From contig NC_043001.1 in NCBI RefSeq assembly GCF_006345805.1, forward strand, positions 112,158,001 through 112,222,000: a DNA stretch of 64,000 nucleotides. Reading direction: 5' to 3'. The notes below the pieces were generated by a model. It saw only the letters and a program-made list of their open reading frames with translations, was not told where the DNA came from and ran no database searches. How positions within the stretch are numbered: the first letter of the stretch is position 1; each line of letters begins with the position of its first letter. This DNA comes from Octopus sinensis (taxonomy: Eukaryota). Shown here in pieces: positions 24,921 through 37,980 of the stretch. Made by a program: the position numbers and the translations under genes.

Positions 24921-25193
24921 TACACACATACACACGTGCACACGTTTCATATTCATCACTAGGAAGTATTTTTTAACAAAGAAAATCAGACGCTTTTGAA
25001 ACAGTTCTTTTCATCTTCGTAAAAATGATAAGCTTCAAGAAAATCCGCAACAGATTTCAAAACTATTCAAACGAGAATTTTACATCACTGCGAAACTGCA
25101 AGAAAATCCACGACGAAAATGTTTATGGCATTGACAAAAATACATATTACAGACTACCATAGCATTAACATTTACGAAAATAACAAACGATTA

Positions 25194-25586
25194 TCTTTAT
25201 ATATAAAAGAAAGGTTGTGTGTCTGTCTACTCCGATTTAGATTCCTAACTACTCCCACATTTTGCGGTGCAGTTTAACCAAAACTGGGTATCTTATAGTC
25301 GTGATTCATATCGAGCCCTTCTGGGTATTAGCGCGCGTCTACGATGAGTCTACGATTTTAAAAATAATTTACCATCATTTTTTTCCATTTTAATGCATAT
25401 TTTTTAAATATAAGGGAAGTAACTCTCTAAAAATTTCTACGATGAGTCAACGATTTAAAAAAAAATTACCATCATATTTTTTCCAATTTTAATGCATTTT
25501 TTTGCTATTTTTTGGCTATAACTCTCTAAAAATGCTTTATAGTTATTTCCCTTACAAACCCGAGCAACGCCGGGCGATACTGCAAG
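25194..25586 (+). mobile_element. Non-autonomous Helitron (about 393 bp)
   Basis: Sits between A (25193) and T (25587); 5' TCTTTATATATAAAAG; 3' hairpin cccg-agcaacgc-cggg (25559-25574), then CAAG (CTAG variant); internal duplicated block. Confidence 0.75.
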
Positions 25587-26368
25587 TTACTTTATAATCC
25601 TTAAAGTCAAAGGCATAGCTATTTACTTCGATGTAGAGGGTACGATAGAAGATAAGCTATCAAACACACCATACATAACACATGATGATCACGTAGTTCG
25701 TTTCACATGTAACCTTAACTGCAGATTTATCAACCCTACCAGAGAAACATGATCAGCTGTATTTCAAATCTAACGATGGTTTACACATTTTCGGGGCAGT
25801 TTTCATTCAAATTTACACAGGAAACTTGCTTCAGCAATTTATGAATATATTTCCCGACACCGACCATTTAAATTAAGTATCAGAAATGGTTGTTTATCGT
25901 AGACGTGGTCCGAAGTATTTACTTAACAATCGTGTACCGAAGAAGCAGGATCTGTATTACACATAGTTGAAAAATCAACAAACTTGGACTCACGTACCAT
26001 TTATACCTCTGATTACAATGATATTAAAAGCACTGAAGCACATCGGGTTATGTCTTTAGTACGAACAGAATTTTGGCAAGCTCAAAATTGTCAACGTTTT
26101 AAAATTTCTTCATAAAAATAATTTTGCAATATATATGTCCATTATCTTATTTATCATAATGTCTAATGTCTACATCTCAAAATGTCAATTCGGTTAGTAT
26201 TTAGAAAACAACGGTCATACCGTTATTCAATAAGATTGTGTTATTGTTTGTCATTCAGGTAATTTTCATTATATCTAAATACTTGAACGCACCATTAAGT
26301 TCTAATTTTCCTTTTACTTAATAGTATGATGATCGCCAACACATACACATATACGTATGCATATATAC

Positions 26369-26407
<39 letters not shown>

Positions 26408-26483
26408 CATATGCTTATAAAACTATCGAGTCAGCTCTACATATGTATGTAGATATATATACATACGTGTGTATGTATATATA

Positions 26484-26524
<41 letters not shown>

Positions 26525-26929
26525 CACACTCATAACGTTATATATGTACATATATATTTATATACAGACACACTCATATATATATATATATAATGTGTAA
26601 ATTGATTATTGTATTTTTCCGCTGCACTTAGCATAATTGTTTGCTATTTGTCTCAATAGGAATTTAAACCGAGGTAAACAGATAACAACGCGGCTTCATT
26701 TTTTTTTTTTTACCACATGGGATACATTTGTAAATTAAACTGCTCCTTCAAAGGGGTATTTTTTGTTTCCCCTGTGTAAACAGTTATTATTTCGGTGAGA
26801 CTTCCGGATAAATACACTATGATACAGGGTCATTTATGACACTTAGAAATTATGGATTAGATTCACGCATGCAATGATGTTATTTTACTCTTTTACCATT
26901 GGAATCAGATGTTTTACCTTCTCAATATA

Positions 26930-28210
26930 TCATGCTTCTTTGAATATGGAATCTCACTAAACAGAAAATTGTAAAGCGAGCATAAGAGCCAATGAAGATA
27001 AACACACACTTTATCGTGGTGGCACTTGTATTCTTTTTGTGCAATGCTCTCACATTCACTTACCAAGTGGATCATATTTTTTACGCTCTTTCCACAGGGT
27101 TTCCATTTCTGGGTGTCAGAAATTTTATAGATGTTATACTTCACTGAATTGGTAGCGAGAGCCTAGCCTTGTGCAGCAATGATCAGGCTTTCGGTGGTAC
27201 GCTTCAAATCACATCACCTCGCTTTAGCCATGCCAACGATGCTGTGTTATCCTTAACGTCCTGTGTATTCCTTTCTAACTGTCCATGCATTCTCATTTCA
27301 AGAGGGTCTTCTTTCCCCTTTCCTCATCTCTTTGGTTAAACTCATTCTTGCCCATCATTTCTTCTGCATTTACAGCCATATCTTTCGCGGCATATTGTAG
27401 CAGGTCTTCCTCACTATTTATCAGATACTCGGCAAGCGTTCTCCTTTCATTCCTTATACAATGGTCTATACTAATTAGTCCTCTGGCACCATTCTTTCTT
27501 TTCATATACAGTCTGTTTACGTTTGCTTTAGGGCGTAGTGCCCGATGTAGCATCATCAACTTTCTCGTCTTTCTATCCAGTGTTGATATTTCCTCCTTAG
27601 TCCATTTGAGGATGGACGCACTATATCTGACCACCGCAACTGCGAGGATATTCATGGCGGTAATCGAATTTTTGGCATTAAGTTTGGATTTCAGAACCAT
27701 CTTTATCCTTTTTTGAAAAGCCTCGCTGACCTTGACTTTTATTTCTCTGTGTAGAATGTCATCCAGCTCCAAAATCCGCAAATATCTATACCCACAACCG
27801 TCGGGTTCACCCATGAGCTCTCCTGATGGTAACCGCAATCCTCTACAGGCTGCTTTCTTCCCTTTTTTCATATTAAGTACTGAGCAGTTGGTAATCCCAA
27901 ATTCCATACCGATGTCCCTACCACATTTCTGGACTGTTTTGATTAAAGAATCTATCTGTTTTTCAGATTTCCCAAAAACTTCCAGCTCATCCTTAAAACG
28001 GAAGATGGTTCAATGATGGGCCTTTCTTCCCACATCGGTAACCCATCTTGACTTTCCTAAGTGTCATTGTTATGGGTATTAGTGCAATTACAAAAAGTAA
28101 CGGTGAAAACGAGTCACTTTGGAAGTTGCCCCTTTTAATATTAACTTCTCCAAGGAAAACATTACTTGAGTACAATTTGGCTTTCCACTTTTTCATGCTA
28201 TGCATCAGAA
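26930..28210 (-). mobile_element. R4/Dong-like RLE LINE fragment (RT + CCHC knuckle), frameshifted
   Basis: RGNFQSDSFSPLLF, LNHL, IGMEFG..CSVLNMKKGK, YRYLRILE, LYMKRKNGARGLISI, HLVSECESIAQKEYKCHHDKV. Confidence 0.88.
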
Positions 28211-28221
28211 ATTCTGTGATG

Positions 28222-28256
<35 letters not shown>

Positions 28257-28280
28257 TTCTTCTTCTTCTTCTTCTTCTTC

Positions 28281-28322
<42 letters not shown>

Positions 28323-28336
28323 TTACTATTATTATG

Positions 28337-28505
28337 AAGGCGGCACGCTGAGTGAATGGTGAGCACGTCGGGCGATATGTTTAGCGGCACTTCGTCCGCC
28401 CTTACGGTCTGAACTCAAACTCCGCCGAGATCGACTTCGCTTTTCATCCTTTCGGTGTCGATGAAACAATTACCAGTTACGTACTGGGGTCGATGTAATC
28501 GACTA
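28337..28505 (+). mobile_element. SINE C, diverged copy
   Basis: aaggcggcacgctg head; tcatcctttcggtgtcga body. Confidence 0.75.
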
Positions 28506-28743
28506 TCTCACTCACTTCCACCACTTTATTGCAGGCTATATATCTATAGTAGAAAAAAAGATTATTATTATGATGATGATCACCATCATCATTATAAGTA
28601 GTAGTAGTAGTAGTAGTAGCAGTAGCAGCAGCAGTAGCAGTAGCAGTAGTAACAGCAGCAGCAGCAGTAGTAGTAGTAGTAGTAGTTGTTGTAGTAGCAG
28701 CATCAGTTGCAGCATCAGTAGTAGTAGTAGTAGTAGTAGTAGT

Positions 28744-28792
<49 letters not shown>

Positions 28793-29278
28793 TTATTATT
28801 TGCTGAAAAAAAACCTAAAAGGGTCAAGCTAACATTATACATTTTTGATGGGAAACGGTGGAGGAGGAGGAGGATGAGGAGGAGGAGGAGGAGGAGGGGG
28901 GGAAGACATGAATTTTAGAATTTGTTCAAGCATGAGCATTCATAATTTTCTTTTTTGCTACAATTAATTTGCTTGGTCGATCCCGCCCAGGTCAGCTCCA
29001 GCTTCGTCTCCATCCGACCAGCCGACTAACCGACCAACCGCAAAGATATGATTCATTATTCATAATGTAAACTTTCGCACTAAACCCTCATCGACGCTCT
29101 CGTCCCGGGATAAGAGGGTTTTGTTTCGCGACACCCTTCAATTAATCGTATTAATTTTGTGTAGTCATAGTAACAATCGAAATAACACACACACACAAAA
29201 CAAGCAGACCACACGCACATGCACATGCACACAGACAGACAGACAGACAGAGATAGATAGATAGATAGATAGATAGAC

Positions 29279-29323
<45 letters not shown>

Positions 29324-30654
29324 CATACATACATACATACATACATATATGCATGCATGCATGTATACATACGCATACTCATATAAACACGCATGCACAC
29401 ATACAGTTTATACACGAGGGGGAAACTGGCATGGCATTGCCCAGACACCGCACCCCTATCACCACTCAACATTGTATGTGTAATATTGGTCAGTGCTAAG
29501 ACGGGGTTAAATAACCACTCTCTTCGCATTTGTAGAATGCACATAGCGATTATATATTTGGTGTTCAATAGTAGAAAAATAGTAGAAAAATTTATCGTAT
29601 TCTCAGAAGATCGAGGATTTTGGCAAAGAATGGAAAGATGAACAGAGGGATGGATGGATGAATGAATAGATGGATAGATGGATGGTTGGATGGATGGATG
29701 GACATCATCAGGAAATACAAATAACAGCAATAATAGTTTTTCTTATTTATATTTATATATTTATTTATTTATATATTTATTTATAGAAATGATATTGTCC
29801 TTGAAAGCAAAGAACCGTCCTGGGAATTCTCGCAATATCTATAATTTGATGCCTCCTACTTTTCGGTTTTAATCATGCTAGGTTTAGCATAACACATTTT
29901 AATTTTATTTCATCCACTCAGAAGTGTAGTGAGAGAAACGGTAGATTGTGAAATGAAGTACTTTAATGGATTTAGTTAGATCCCTGCCCTGAACATTCAG
30001 GTTTGAATTCCCGCTGATATCGACTGAGAGTTACATCCCTGGGGAACGGTGAAATAAATGCTAGGCCAGTTTTTGTCTTATTTCAAGCGGGGGTTAAGGT
30101 TACACGGCTTGGAGAACGAAAGCAAGTGGCCATGATCCTTTATTTTCGGATCCCTCAAGACTTGTAGGAGGAAGGGAACAAGTTATTCTTAGAGCAGCGA
30201 CTTACTCCAAATGCTTATAGCAGAATAGAGTCTGTTCAAATCATAAATAGAACATGCTGTCGTGTTAAACCGGGCAGTGTAACAGACTTCCATACAATTC
30301 CATCTATCAAATTTCAGTCATGAGATTTCGATTTTCCTGAAACTATGAGAGAAGATACTATCCTAATGATAGTAAAAATTTAGATTGAATTCGAAATCAC
30401 ACAGCTGAAGCGAATTTCTTAAATACAAGGCTATGCATTCATTGCTGTTTTATTTAAGGTCTGCCAAACAGCACCTAAATCCCCTTACATTTTTCAAAAC
30501 AAAGGACTCCGTATTCAGAGACGTTTTGGGTCACTTGTAACGGTCACATCTGGAAAGTCTTGATCACAGCACTGTTCGATCCGAGCAAACCGCGGCTAAG
30601 CAACTGCAACACCAACAATATATTGTCGACGTATTGTACTTATGCTAGAAGGGT

Positions 30655-31036
30655 GGAGGTGCAATGGCCCAGTGGTTAGGGCAGCAGACTCGCGGTCCTA
30701 GGATCGCGGTTTCGATTCTCAGACCGGGCGTTGTGAGTGTTTATTGAGCGAAAACACCTAAAGCTCCACGAGGCTCCGGCAGGGGGTGGTGGTGATCCCT
30801 GCTGTACTCTTTCACCACAACTTTCTCTCACTCTTACTTCCTGTTTCTGTTGTACCTGTATTTCAAAGGGCCGGCCTTGTCACTCTCTGTGTCACGCTGA
30901 ATATCCCCGAGAACTACATTAAGGGTACACGTGTCTGTGGAGTGCTCAGCCACTTACACGTTAATTTCACGAGCATGCTGTTCCGTTGATTCGGGTCAAC
31001 CGGAACCCTCGTCGTCGTAACCGACGGAGTGCTTCC
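30655..31036 (+). mobile_element. SINE family B, full copy
   Basis: Near-identical to 8591-8980. Confidence 0.92.
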
Positions 31037-31542
31037 TTAAAATATAGAGTCTCCTTCGTTGGCTCAGTATTTATTGTTCTTTCACTCCAGGTGATCCCTG
31101 ATTGAACAGATCTATAACTAAAGCTATTCCCAACTTTTCCTTTCTGCAGTGAACCTAAAGCGTTTGTTTCTAAACCGACGAGATGTGATTAGATGAAAAT
31201 TTGGTTGCTATTTCTAGCAGGTCACACATCATGCAACTGCATTGAGGCTCACTCGTTGGCTGGCTATTTTGTCTGATTATCTACCGACTTTGCTCTCCAT
31301 AACCTTTACTAAGTATGATAAAAGACAGGTTACTTTCACGGAGGATACAGAAGTTGAAGTTGAATCCTGTTCATGGCTGGTATTTTATTTTATAAGTCCC
31401 AGAATGATAGAAATCCAAGCTGACTTCGGCAGAATTTCAACTCAGAACATAAATGGCCATAACTATTCTGTTTTATTTTACTCATTTTACATTTACTATA
31501 TTTCACAGAAGAACTTAAGTATTGTAGATGTGAGAAAATAGA

Positions 31543-31949
31543 TACTCTTTACTCTTTTACTCTTTTACTTGTTTCAGTCATTTTGACTGCGGCCATGCTG
31601 GAGCACCGCCTTTAGTCGAGCAAATCGACCCCAGGACTTATCCTTTGTAAGCCCAGTACTTATTCTATCGGTCTCTTTTGCCGAACCGCTAAGTAACGGG
31701 GACGTAAACACACCAGCATCGGTTGTCAAGCAATGCTAGGGGGACAAACACAGACACACAAACACACACACACATATATATATATATATACATATATACG
31801 ACAGGCTTCTTTCAGTTTCCGTCTACCAAATCCACTCACAAGGCATTGGTCGGCCTGGGGCTATAGCAGAAGACACTTCAGTGGGACTGAACCCGGATCC
31901 ATGTGGTTGGTTAGCAAGCTACTTACCACACAGCCACTCCTGCGCCTAT
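31543..31949 (-). mobile_element. SINE A, full copy
   Basis: Reverse complement of family A consensus including tail repeats. Confidence 0.9.
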
Positions 31950-31987
31950 ATAGATATTGAAAATCTTGAAATATATTTTTTCTTGTT

Positions 31988-32313
31988 CTATATTTAAGAG
32001 ACGAGGAATTATGTGCATTATTTACATTATTTACATTTGACGGATATTTGTCCTCATCTTGTTTGTTGCACTAATGGACGTATTAGTAACACTCACCAAG
32101 TAAGGATTCAAGACATCCGTATACCGCAAGCCGATCTTCACCAGAGGATATCTGAACTTCAGTTCCCACCATCCATACAGTGCATTGATCAATGCCTAAA
32201 ACATCGTGAAAATGACTTATAGAGCCGAGAGCTCGAGAGTTTCTTCCATGACATGCACGAAACTTTCAGCTCTTGGTTCACTTTTGTATCCTTCTGCTGA
32301 TTAAAAATAATAC
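31988..32313 (+). mobile_element. Penelope-like RT fragment with second terminal-repeat type and an inverted 5' piece
   Basis: FKTSVYRKPIFTRGYLNFSSHHP from 32107 (PLE thumb motif); 3' end of about 52 bp shared with 38434-38485; 31988-32067 is the inverse of the tail of the element at 49040. Confidence 0.7.
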
Positions 32314-32361
32314 ATACAGACAGACAGTCAGTCAGACAGACAGACAGACACACACACATAA

Positions 32362-32642
32362 TACTCTTTTACTCTTTTACTCCTTTACTTGTTTCAGTCA
32401 TTTGACTGCGGCCATGCTGGAGCAGCGCCTTAAATCGAGCGACTCGACCCTGGGACTTATTCTTTGTAAGCCTAGTACTTATTCTATCGGTCTCTTTTGC
32501 CGAACCGCTAGTTGACGGGGACATAAACACACAAGCATCGGTTGTCAAGCAATGCTAGGGGGACAAACACAGACACACAAACAAACGCACACACACACAC
32601 ACACACACACGCACACACACACATATATATATATACACATAT

Positions 32643-32688
<46 letters not shown>

Positions 32689-32856
32689 TACGACAGGCTT
32701 CTTTCAGTTTCCGTCTACCAAATCCACTCACAAGGCTTTGGTCGGCCCGGGGCTATAGTAGAAGACACTTGCCCAAGATGCCGCGCAGTGGGACTGAACC
32801 CGGAACCATGTGTTTCGTAAGCAAGCTACTTACCACACAGCCACTCCTGCGCCTAT
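32362..32856 (-). mobile_element. SINE A, full copy with expanded internal microsatellite
   Basis: Family A halves separated by (CA)n/(TA)n. Confidence 0.9.
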
Positions 32857-33036
32857 ATATTGTATATATTCTTGTATTAAATTCTATTTATTCAGCTGCT
32901 TTCAGCAAAGCTGAAATATTTTCCCTAAATTTACAAATTAGGAAACATGTTAAGCTTAACGGATAACACTTAATAAGACTGTGAGAGCAAAAGGTGCTGT
33001 GGTTAACATTCCCCACCTTATCATTTGTATGGCGTT

Positions 33037-33268
33037 GGGTGGCGAGCTGGCAGAAACGCTAGCACGCCGGGCGAAATGCTCAGCAGTATTTCGTCTGTCG
33101 CTACGTTCTGAGTTCAAATTCCGCCGAGGTCGACTTTCCCTTTCATCCTTTCGGTGTCGATTAAATAAGTACCAGTTACATACTGGGGTCGATATAATCA
33201 ACTTAATCCGTTTGTCTGTCCTTGTTTGTCCTCTCTGTGTTTAGCCCCTTGTGGGTAGTAAAGAAATA
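33037..33268 (+). mobile_element. SINE C, full copy
   Basis: ggcgagctggcagaaacg head to gtagtaaagaaata end. Confidence 0.9.
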
Positions 33269-33412
33269 GGATTAAGGTATGTCACTGTGAAATGTAGTCA
33301 TCAATCAGTAACCTATAGTTTATGAATGTTTAACTACATTTAGGCATTGACTTTACTTTGTGCCGATATGAATGGGATGTGGATGGCTTACATGAAGGTA
33401 AATTTCTCTGGC

Positions 33413-33817
33413 TTACTCTTTTATTTGTTTCAGTCATTTGACTGCGGCCATGCTGGAGCACCGCCTTTAATCGAGCAACTCGACCCCGGGACTTATTCTT
33501 TTGTAAGCCCAGTACTTATTCTATCGGTCTCTTTTGCCGAACCTCTAAGTAACGGGGACATAAACACACCAGCATCGGTTGTCAAGCAAAGCTACGGGGG
33601 ACAAACAGACACATAAACACACACATTAATATATATGTATATATACATATATACGACGGGCTTCTTTCAGTTTCCGTCTACCAAATCCACTCACAAGGCT
33701 TTGGTCGGCCCGAGGCTATAGTAGAAGACACTTGCCCAAGGTGCCACGCAGTGGGACTGAACCCAGAACCATGTGGTTGGTAAAGAAGCTACTTACCACA
33801 CAGCCACTCCTGCGCCT
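33413..33817 (-). mobile_element. SINE A, full copy
   Basis: Reverse complement of family A consensus. Confidence 0.9.
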
Positions 33818-34112
33818 GATTATAAAAAGTTGAAAATGAAGAATGCAGTGGATTTTGAAGGTGTCTAATTGACACAAACGTTAGAAGACTGGATAGACTG
33901 CCTTACTACAATCATTCCAGCTTTTTATGCTGAGTTCAAATCTCACTGAAGTCAATTTTGCCTTTCATTCTTTCAGAACCGATAGAAAATGGACAAGACA
34001 TGTCCTGGATTGGATTCGTCTCTTACTCGTTCTTTCCGTCTGCCTGTCTATCTTTCATTTTTTGGGAAGAAATCGACTGTGGCCAGACCTGGTGAGAGAT
34101 GCTCTCCTACAG

Positions 34113-34200
34113 TTCTGAAAATGCTCACGACGCGCCGTATGTTACAATCGCATCCCTACGATGCCATCAAGGAGTTGAATTCCCAAAGTATGACAGTCAA
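34113..34200 (+). CDS. Candidate internal exon (88 nt) of an unidentified host gene
   Basis: Acceptor gctctcctacag|, donor CAA|GTAAGA, CpG-rich relative to flanks; two open frames (SENAHDAPYVTIASLRCHQGVEFPKYDSQ or LKMLTTRRMLQSHPYDAIKELNSQSMTV); product not recognised. Confidence 0.4.
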
Positions 34201-34335
34201 GTAAGACTTTTAGATTTAATGCCATTTAATCGATGCCTCTAGAATTCTAGAATTTTAAAGGGGAAATATATGATGTCTCTTCAGCAGAAGTAATTTCAAG
34301 TGAATCTAGTAGAATCTTAAAATCCAAAATATAAA

Positions 34336-34566
34336 GGCGGCGAGCTGGCAGAATCGTTAGCACGCCGGGCGAAATGCTTTGTGGTATTTCGTCCTTCGCT
34401 GCGTTCTGAGTTCACATTCCGCCGAGGTCGACTTTGCCTTTCATCCTTTCGGGGTCGATAAATTAAGTACCAGTTACGCATTGGGGTCAATGTAATCGAC
34501 TTAATCTCTTTGTCTGTCCTTGTTTGTCCCCTCTATGTTTAGCCCCTTGTGGGTAGTAAAGAAATA
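34336..34566 (+). mobile_element. SINE C, full copy with 18-bp TSD
   Basis: TSD agaatcttaaaatccaaa at 34311-34328 and 34567-34584. Confidence 0.92.
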
Positions 34567-35378
34567 AGAATCTTAAAATCCAAACAAACAGTTGTACTTT
34601 AATTTAAATTTCTCAGCAGATAGAAGAGAATTTTTACGAAATATCTTATTTACTCTATCGAGTCATTATCCACGTAGACAACATACATTATGACAACACA
34701 CTATAATAACAAGCAGAGCTTTTCCAATTAGTGTTTAATGAAAAGCGAAATTGATAAGAACATGCTGAACAATGAAGTTTGAATTTTACTTCCAGCAAAT
34801 TTTTAAATCTGTAAAAGTGGGGTACTTGATATTTAAATAAACATAATTTTTTTTTTGTAAAACATAATATTTTCCAAGCGACGTAAACAACTATGGAATA
34901 TTAAGATAAATAACAAAGATAAAAAATGCATAAATTTTACTTAAAAAAATTTAAAGAAATATACATGGCGAAAAATACGTTTTTTGTCATGTTTTTACGA
35001 AAGTTATGTGTTTTAACATCGGATTTGTATTTTAAGAAATTCATTATTCAAAAACATTGATCTAGATATTTCGTTCTCTCTAAACAAGTTTAGATTCTGA
35101 CAGAAATAAACGTTATAAAAAATGGCGTTCGTTTAACAACGCCAAAAGCTAAATTGAATTTAATTGACGGTGAAAAATTTTTCACAAAACTAAAATAAAA
35201 TTAAAAAGGAGAAATAGCGTGAGGAAAGACGTTCACTGCCATTATCAGCATTAACAATCACCACTTTCGCCACCAACAACAACACATTCCCAGCCAAATA
35301 GTACAACCTGCGTAAAATACACGAAAATAACTATATATATAGCAACTACATCAGCAGCAGCAATAACGAAAACAACAC

Positions 35379-35423
35379 CTACTACTACTGCTACTACAAC
35401 TACTACTGCTACTACTACTACTG

Positions 35424-35472
<49 letters not shown>

Positions 35473-35575
35473 CACCTCCGCTACTACAACTACTACCACC
35501 ACCTCCGCTACTACTTCTACTACTACTACTACTACTACTACCACCTCCGCTACTACTACTACTACTACCACCACC

Positions 35576-35619
<44 letters not shown>

Positions 35620-35886
35620 CACCACTACCACCACCACCACTACTACTACTACTATCACCACCACCACCACCACCACCACCTCCGCTACTACTACTACTAC
35701 CACCACTTCCGCTACTACTACTACTACCACCACCTCCGCTACTACTTCTACTACTACTACTACCACCTCCGCTACTACTAATACTACTACTACTACTACC
35801 ACCACCACCACCTCCGCTACTACAACTACTACCACCACCTCCGCTACTACTTCTACTACTACTACTACTACTACTACCACCTCCGC

Positions 35887-35922
<36 letters not shown>

Positions 35923-35966
35923 CACCTCCGCTACTACAACTACTACCACCACCTCCGCTACTACTT

Positions 35967-36001
<35 letters not shown>

Positions 36002-36025
36002 TCCGCTACTACTACTACTACCACC

Positions 36026-36072
<47 letters not shown>

Positions 36073-36085
36073 CACCACCACCACC

Positions 36086-36132
<47 letters not shown>

Positions 36133-36166
36133 CACCACCACCACTACTACTACTACTATCACCACC

Positions 36167-36210
<44 letters not shown>

Positions 36211-36238
36211 CTCCGCTGCTGCTGCTGCCGCTGCCGCT
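35379..36238. repeat. About 860-bp (ACT)/(ACC)n tract punctuated by recurrent CCTCCGCT, with higher-order block duplication
   Basis: Trinucleotide phase is kept throughout; the ACCTCCGCTACT interruption recurs more than ten times. Confidence 0.93.
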
Positions 36239-36436
36239 ACAGTAACGACTATAACAATGGATTCTTGTAGATGCAGAAATTCTTGGTATGATAATGCGAA
36301 AGAAGTAGAAAGTTGTGACGTCAAATGTATTTCACTGGAACTTGAGGAAGGCACGAGAACCAACTCCAATTGTAATGGATGGCCACACTAGGGGCGCCTT
36401 GTCAAAATAAAAAACAACATGCATTAATAAGTAGGA

Positions 36437-36504
<68 letters not shown>

Positions 36505-36560
36505 AACTACTATACTACTACTACTACTACTACAACAACAAATAATAATAATAATAATAA

Positions 36561-36729
36561 TTCTAACTGGGCCCCACCTGCAAGGTCATGCGCTGTTTAT
36601 CTTGATATGAGATTACCATGTCGCGCACATATGGTTGTGATGCATGTGCCTGGTAGTCATGATGGGCATTCTGGGCTTCGTGTATTTTACCCCAGTGTCA
36701 CTTTGATGGCATGCACTGTTCTCCCACTC

Positions 36730-36772
<43 letters not shown>
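36561..36772 (+). mobile_element. Probable retroelement 3' end with (AAT)n tail, embedded in (AAT)n
   Basis: Unique 170 bp ending gcactgttctcccactc-(aat)n with (aat)n also on its 5' side; family not identified. Confidence 0.5.
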
Positions 36773-36776
<4 letters not shown>

Positions 36777-36966
36777 ATAACAAAAACACCAGGACTTAAA
36801 AACACATATAACATACAGAAAATTGCACTACTAGGCACTGCACACATCCTACGCAGAACACTTTCCATACAATAACCATCAGAGCATCACACAAATCACA
36901 GCACATACCCAAGACACACAGAGCTGCGCTCGGTAGTGAAGTGAAAGCACGCTATAAAAAAAACTA

Positions 36967-36997
<31 letters not shown>

Positions 36998-37022
36998 TAT
37001 AATAATAATAATAATAATAATC

Positions 37023-37055
<33 letters not shown>

Positions 37056-37060
37056 TGATG

Positions 37061-37106
<46 letters not shown>

Positions 37107-37163
37107 TAATAATAATAATAATAATAATAATATAATAATAATATATAATAATAATAATAATGA
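36773..37163 (+). mobile_element. R4/Dong-like 3' fragment, second copy, with long (TAA)n tail
   Basis: Only a few differences from 3943-4148 over about 200 bp. Confidence 0.88.
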
Positions 37164-37301
37164 TTTCATTTATTTGCCACAATAATAATCCTTTCTACTC
37201 CCTACTGACAATATTGCCGATCTACCGTCCTCTGTAGTGCTGACTAAAACAAGGTACGATTTCATTTAAAAATCTAAAAAGTGCTAAGGATTCCCCACCA
37301 T

Positions 37302-37469
37302 ATAGGCGCAGGAGTGGCTGTGTGGTAAGTAGCTTGTTTACAAGCCACATGGGTCCGGGTTCAGTCCCACTGCGTGGCACCTTGGGCAAGTATCTTCTAC
37401 TATAGCCTCGGGCCGACCTAAGCCTTGTGAGTGGATTTGGTAGACGGAAACTGAAAGAAGCCCGTCGTA

Positions 37470-37529
<60 letters not shown>

Positions 37530-37740
37530 CGTGTGTGTGTTTGTGTGAGTGTGTTTGTCCCCCTAGCATTGCTTGACAACCGATGCTGGTGTGTTATGTC
37601 CCCGTTACTTAGCAGTTCGGCAAAAGAGACCGATAGAATAAGTACTGGGCTTACAAAAGAATAAGTCCCGGGGTCGAGTTGCTCCAGCATGGCCGCAGTC
37701 AAATGACTGAAACAAGTAAAAGAGTAAAAGAGTAAAAGAG
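37302..37740 (+). mobile_element. SINE A, full copy
   Basis: taggcgcaggagtggctg head to (AAAAGAGT) tail. Confidence 0.92.
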
Positions 37741-37980
37741 TATAGCCATGTAAGAAAATCCACAGGTTCGGTTTGGTCAGAACATCTCAAGACACTTGGA
37801 TCGGATCATTTGTCGAAATTCATTTATCAGAGAGTGGCCTTGAGCATTTCCGATGTCGGACTTGGAAGGAGTCTCTCAAATACTTCGCACAATTATGCAA
37901 TTGACTTTTGCGAATGTTGCTATGCTTCTTTCTCAGCTTTTCCATTTCTTCTTGGTAGAAAATTATTAAATGATTATTTG

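Noticed and set aside
35251-36369. 372-aa poly-Val ORF on minus strand
   Set aside because: Antisense reading of an (ACT/ACC)n tract; the composition cannot generate stops in this frame.
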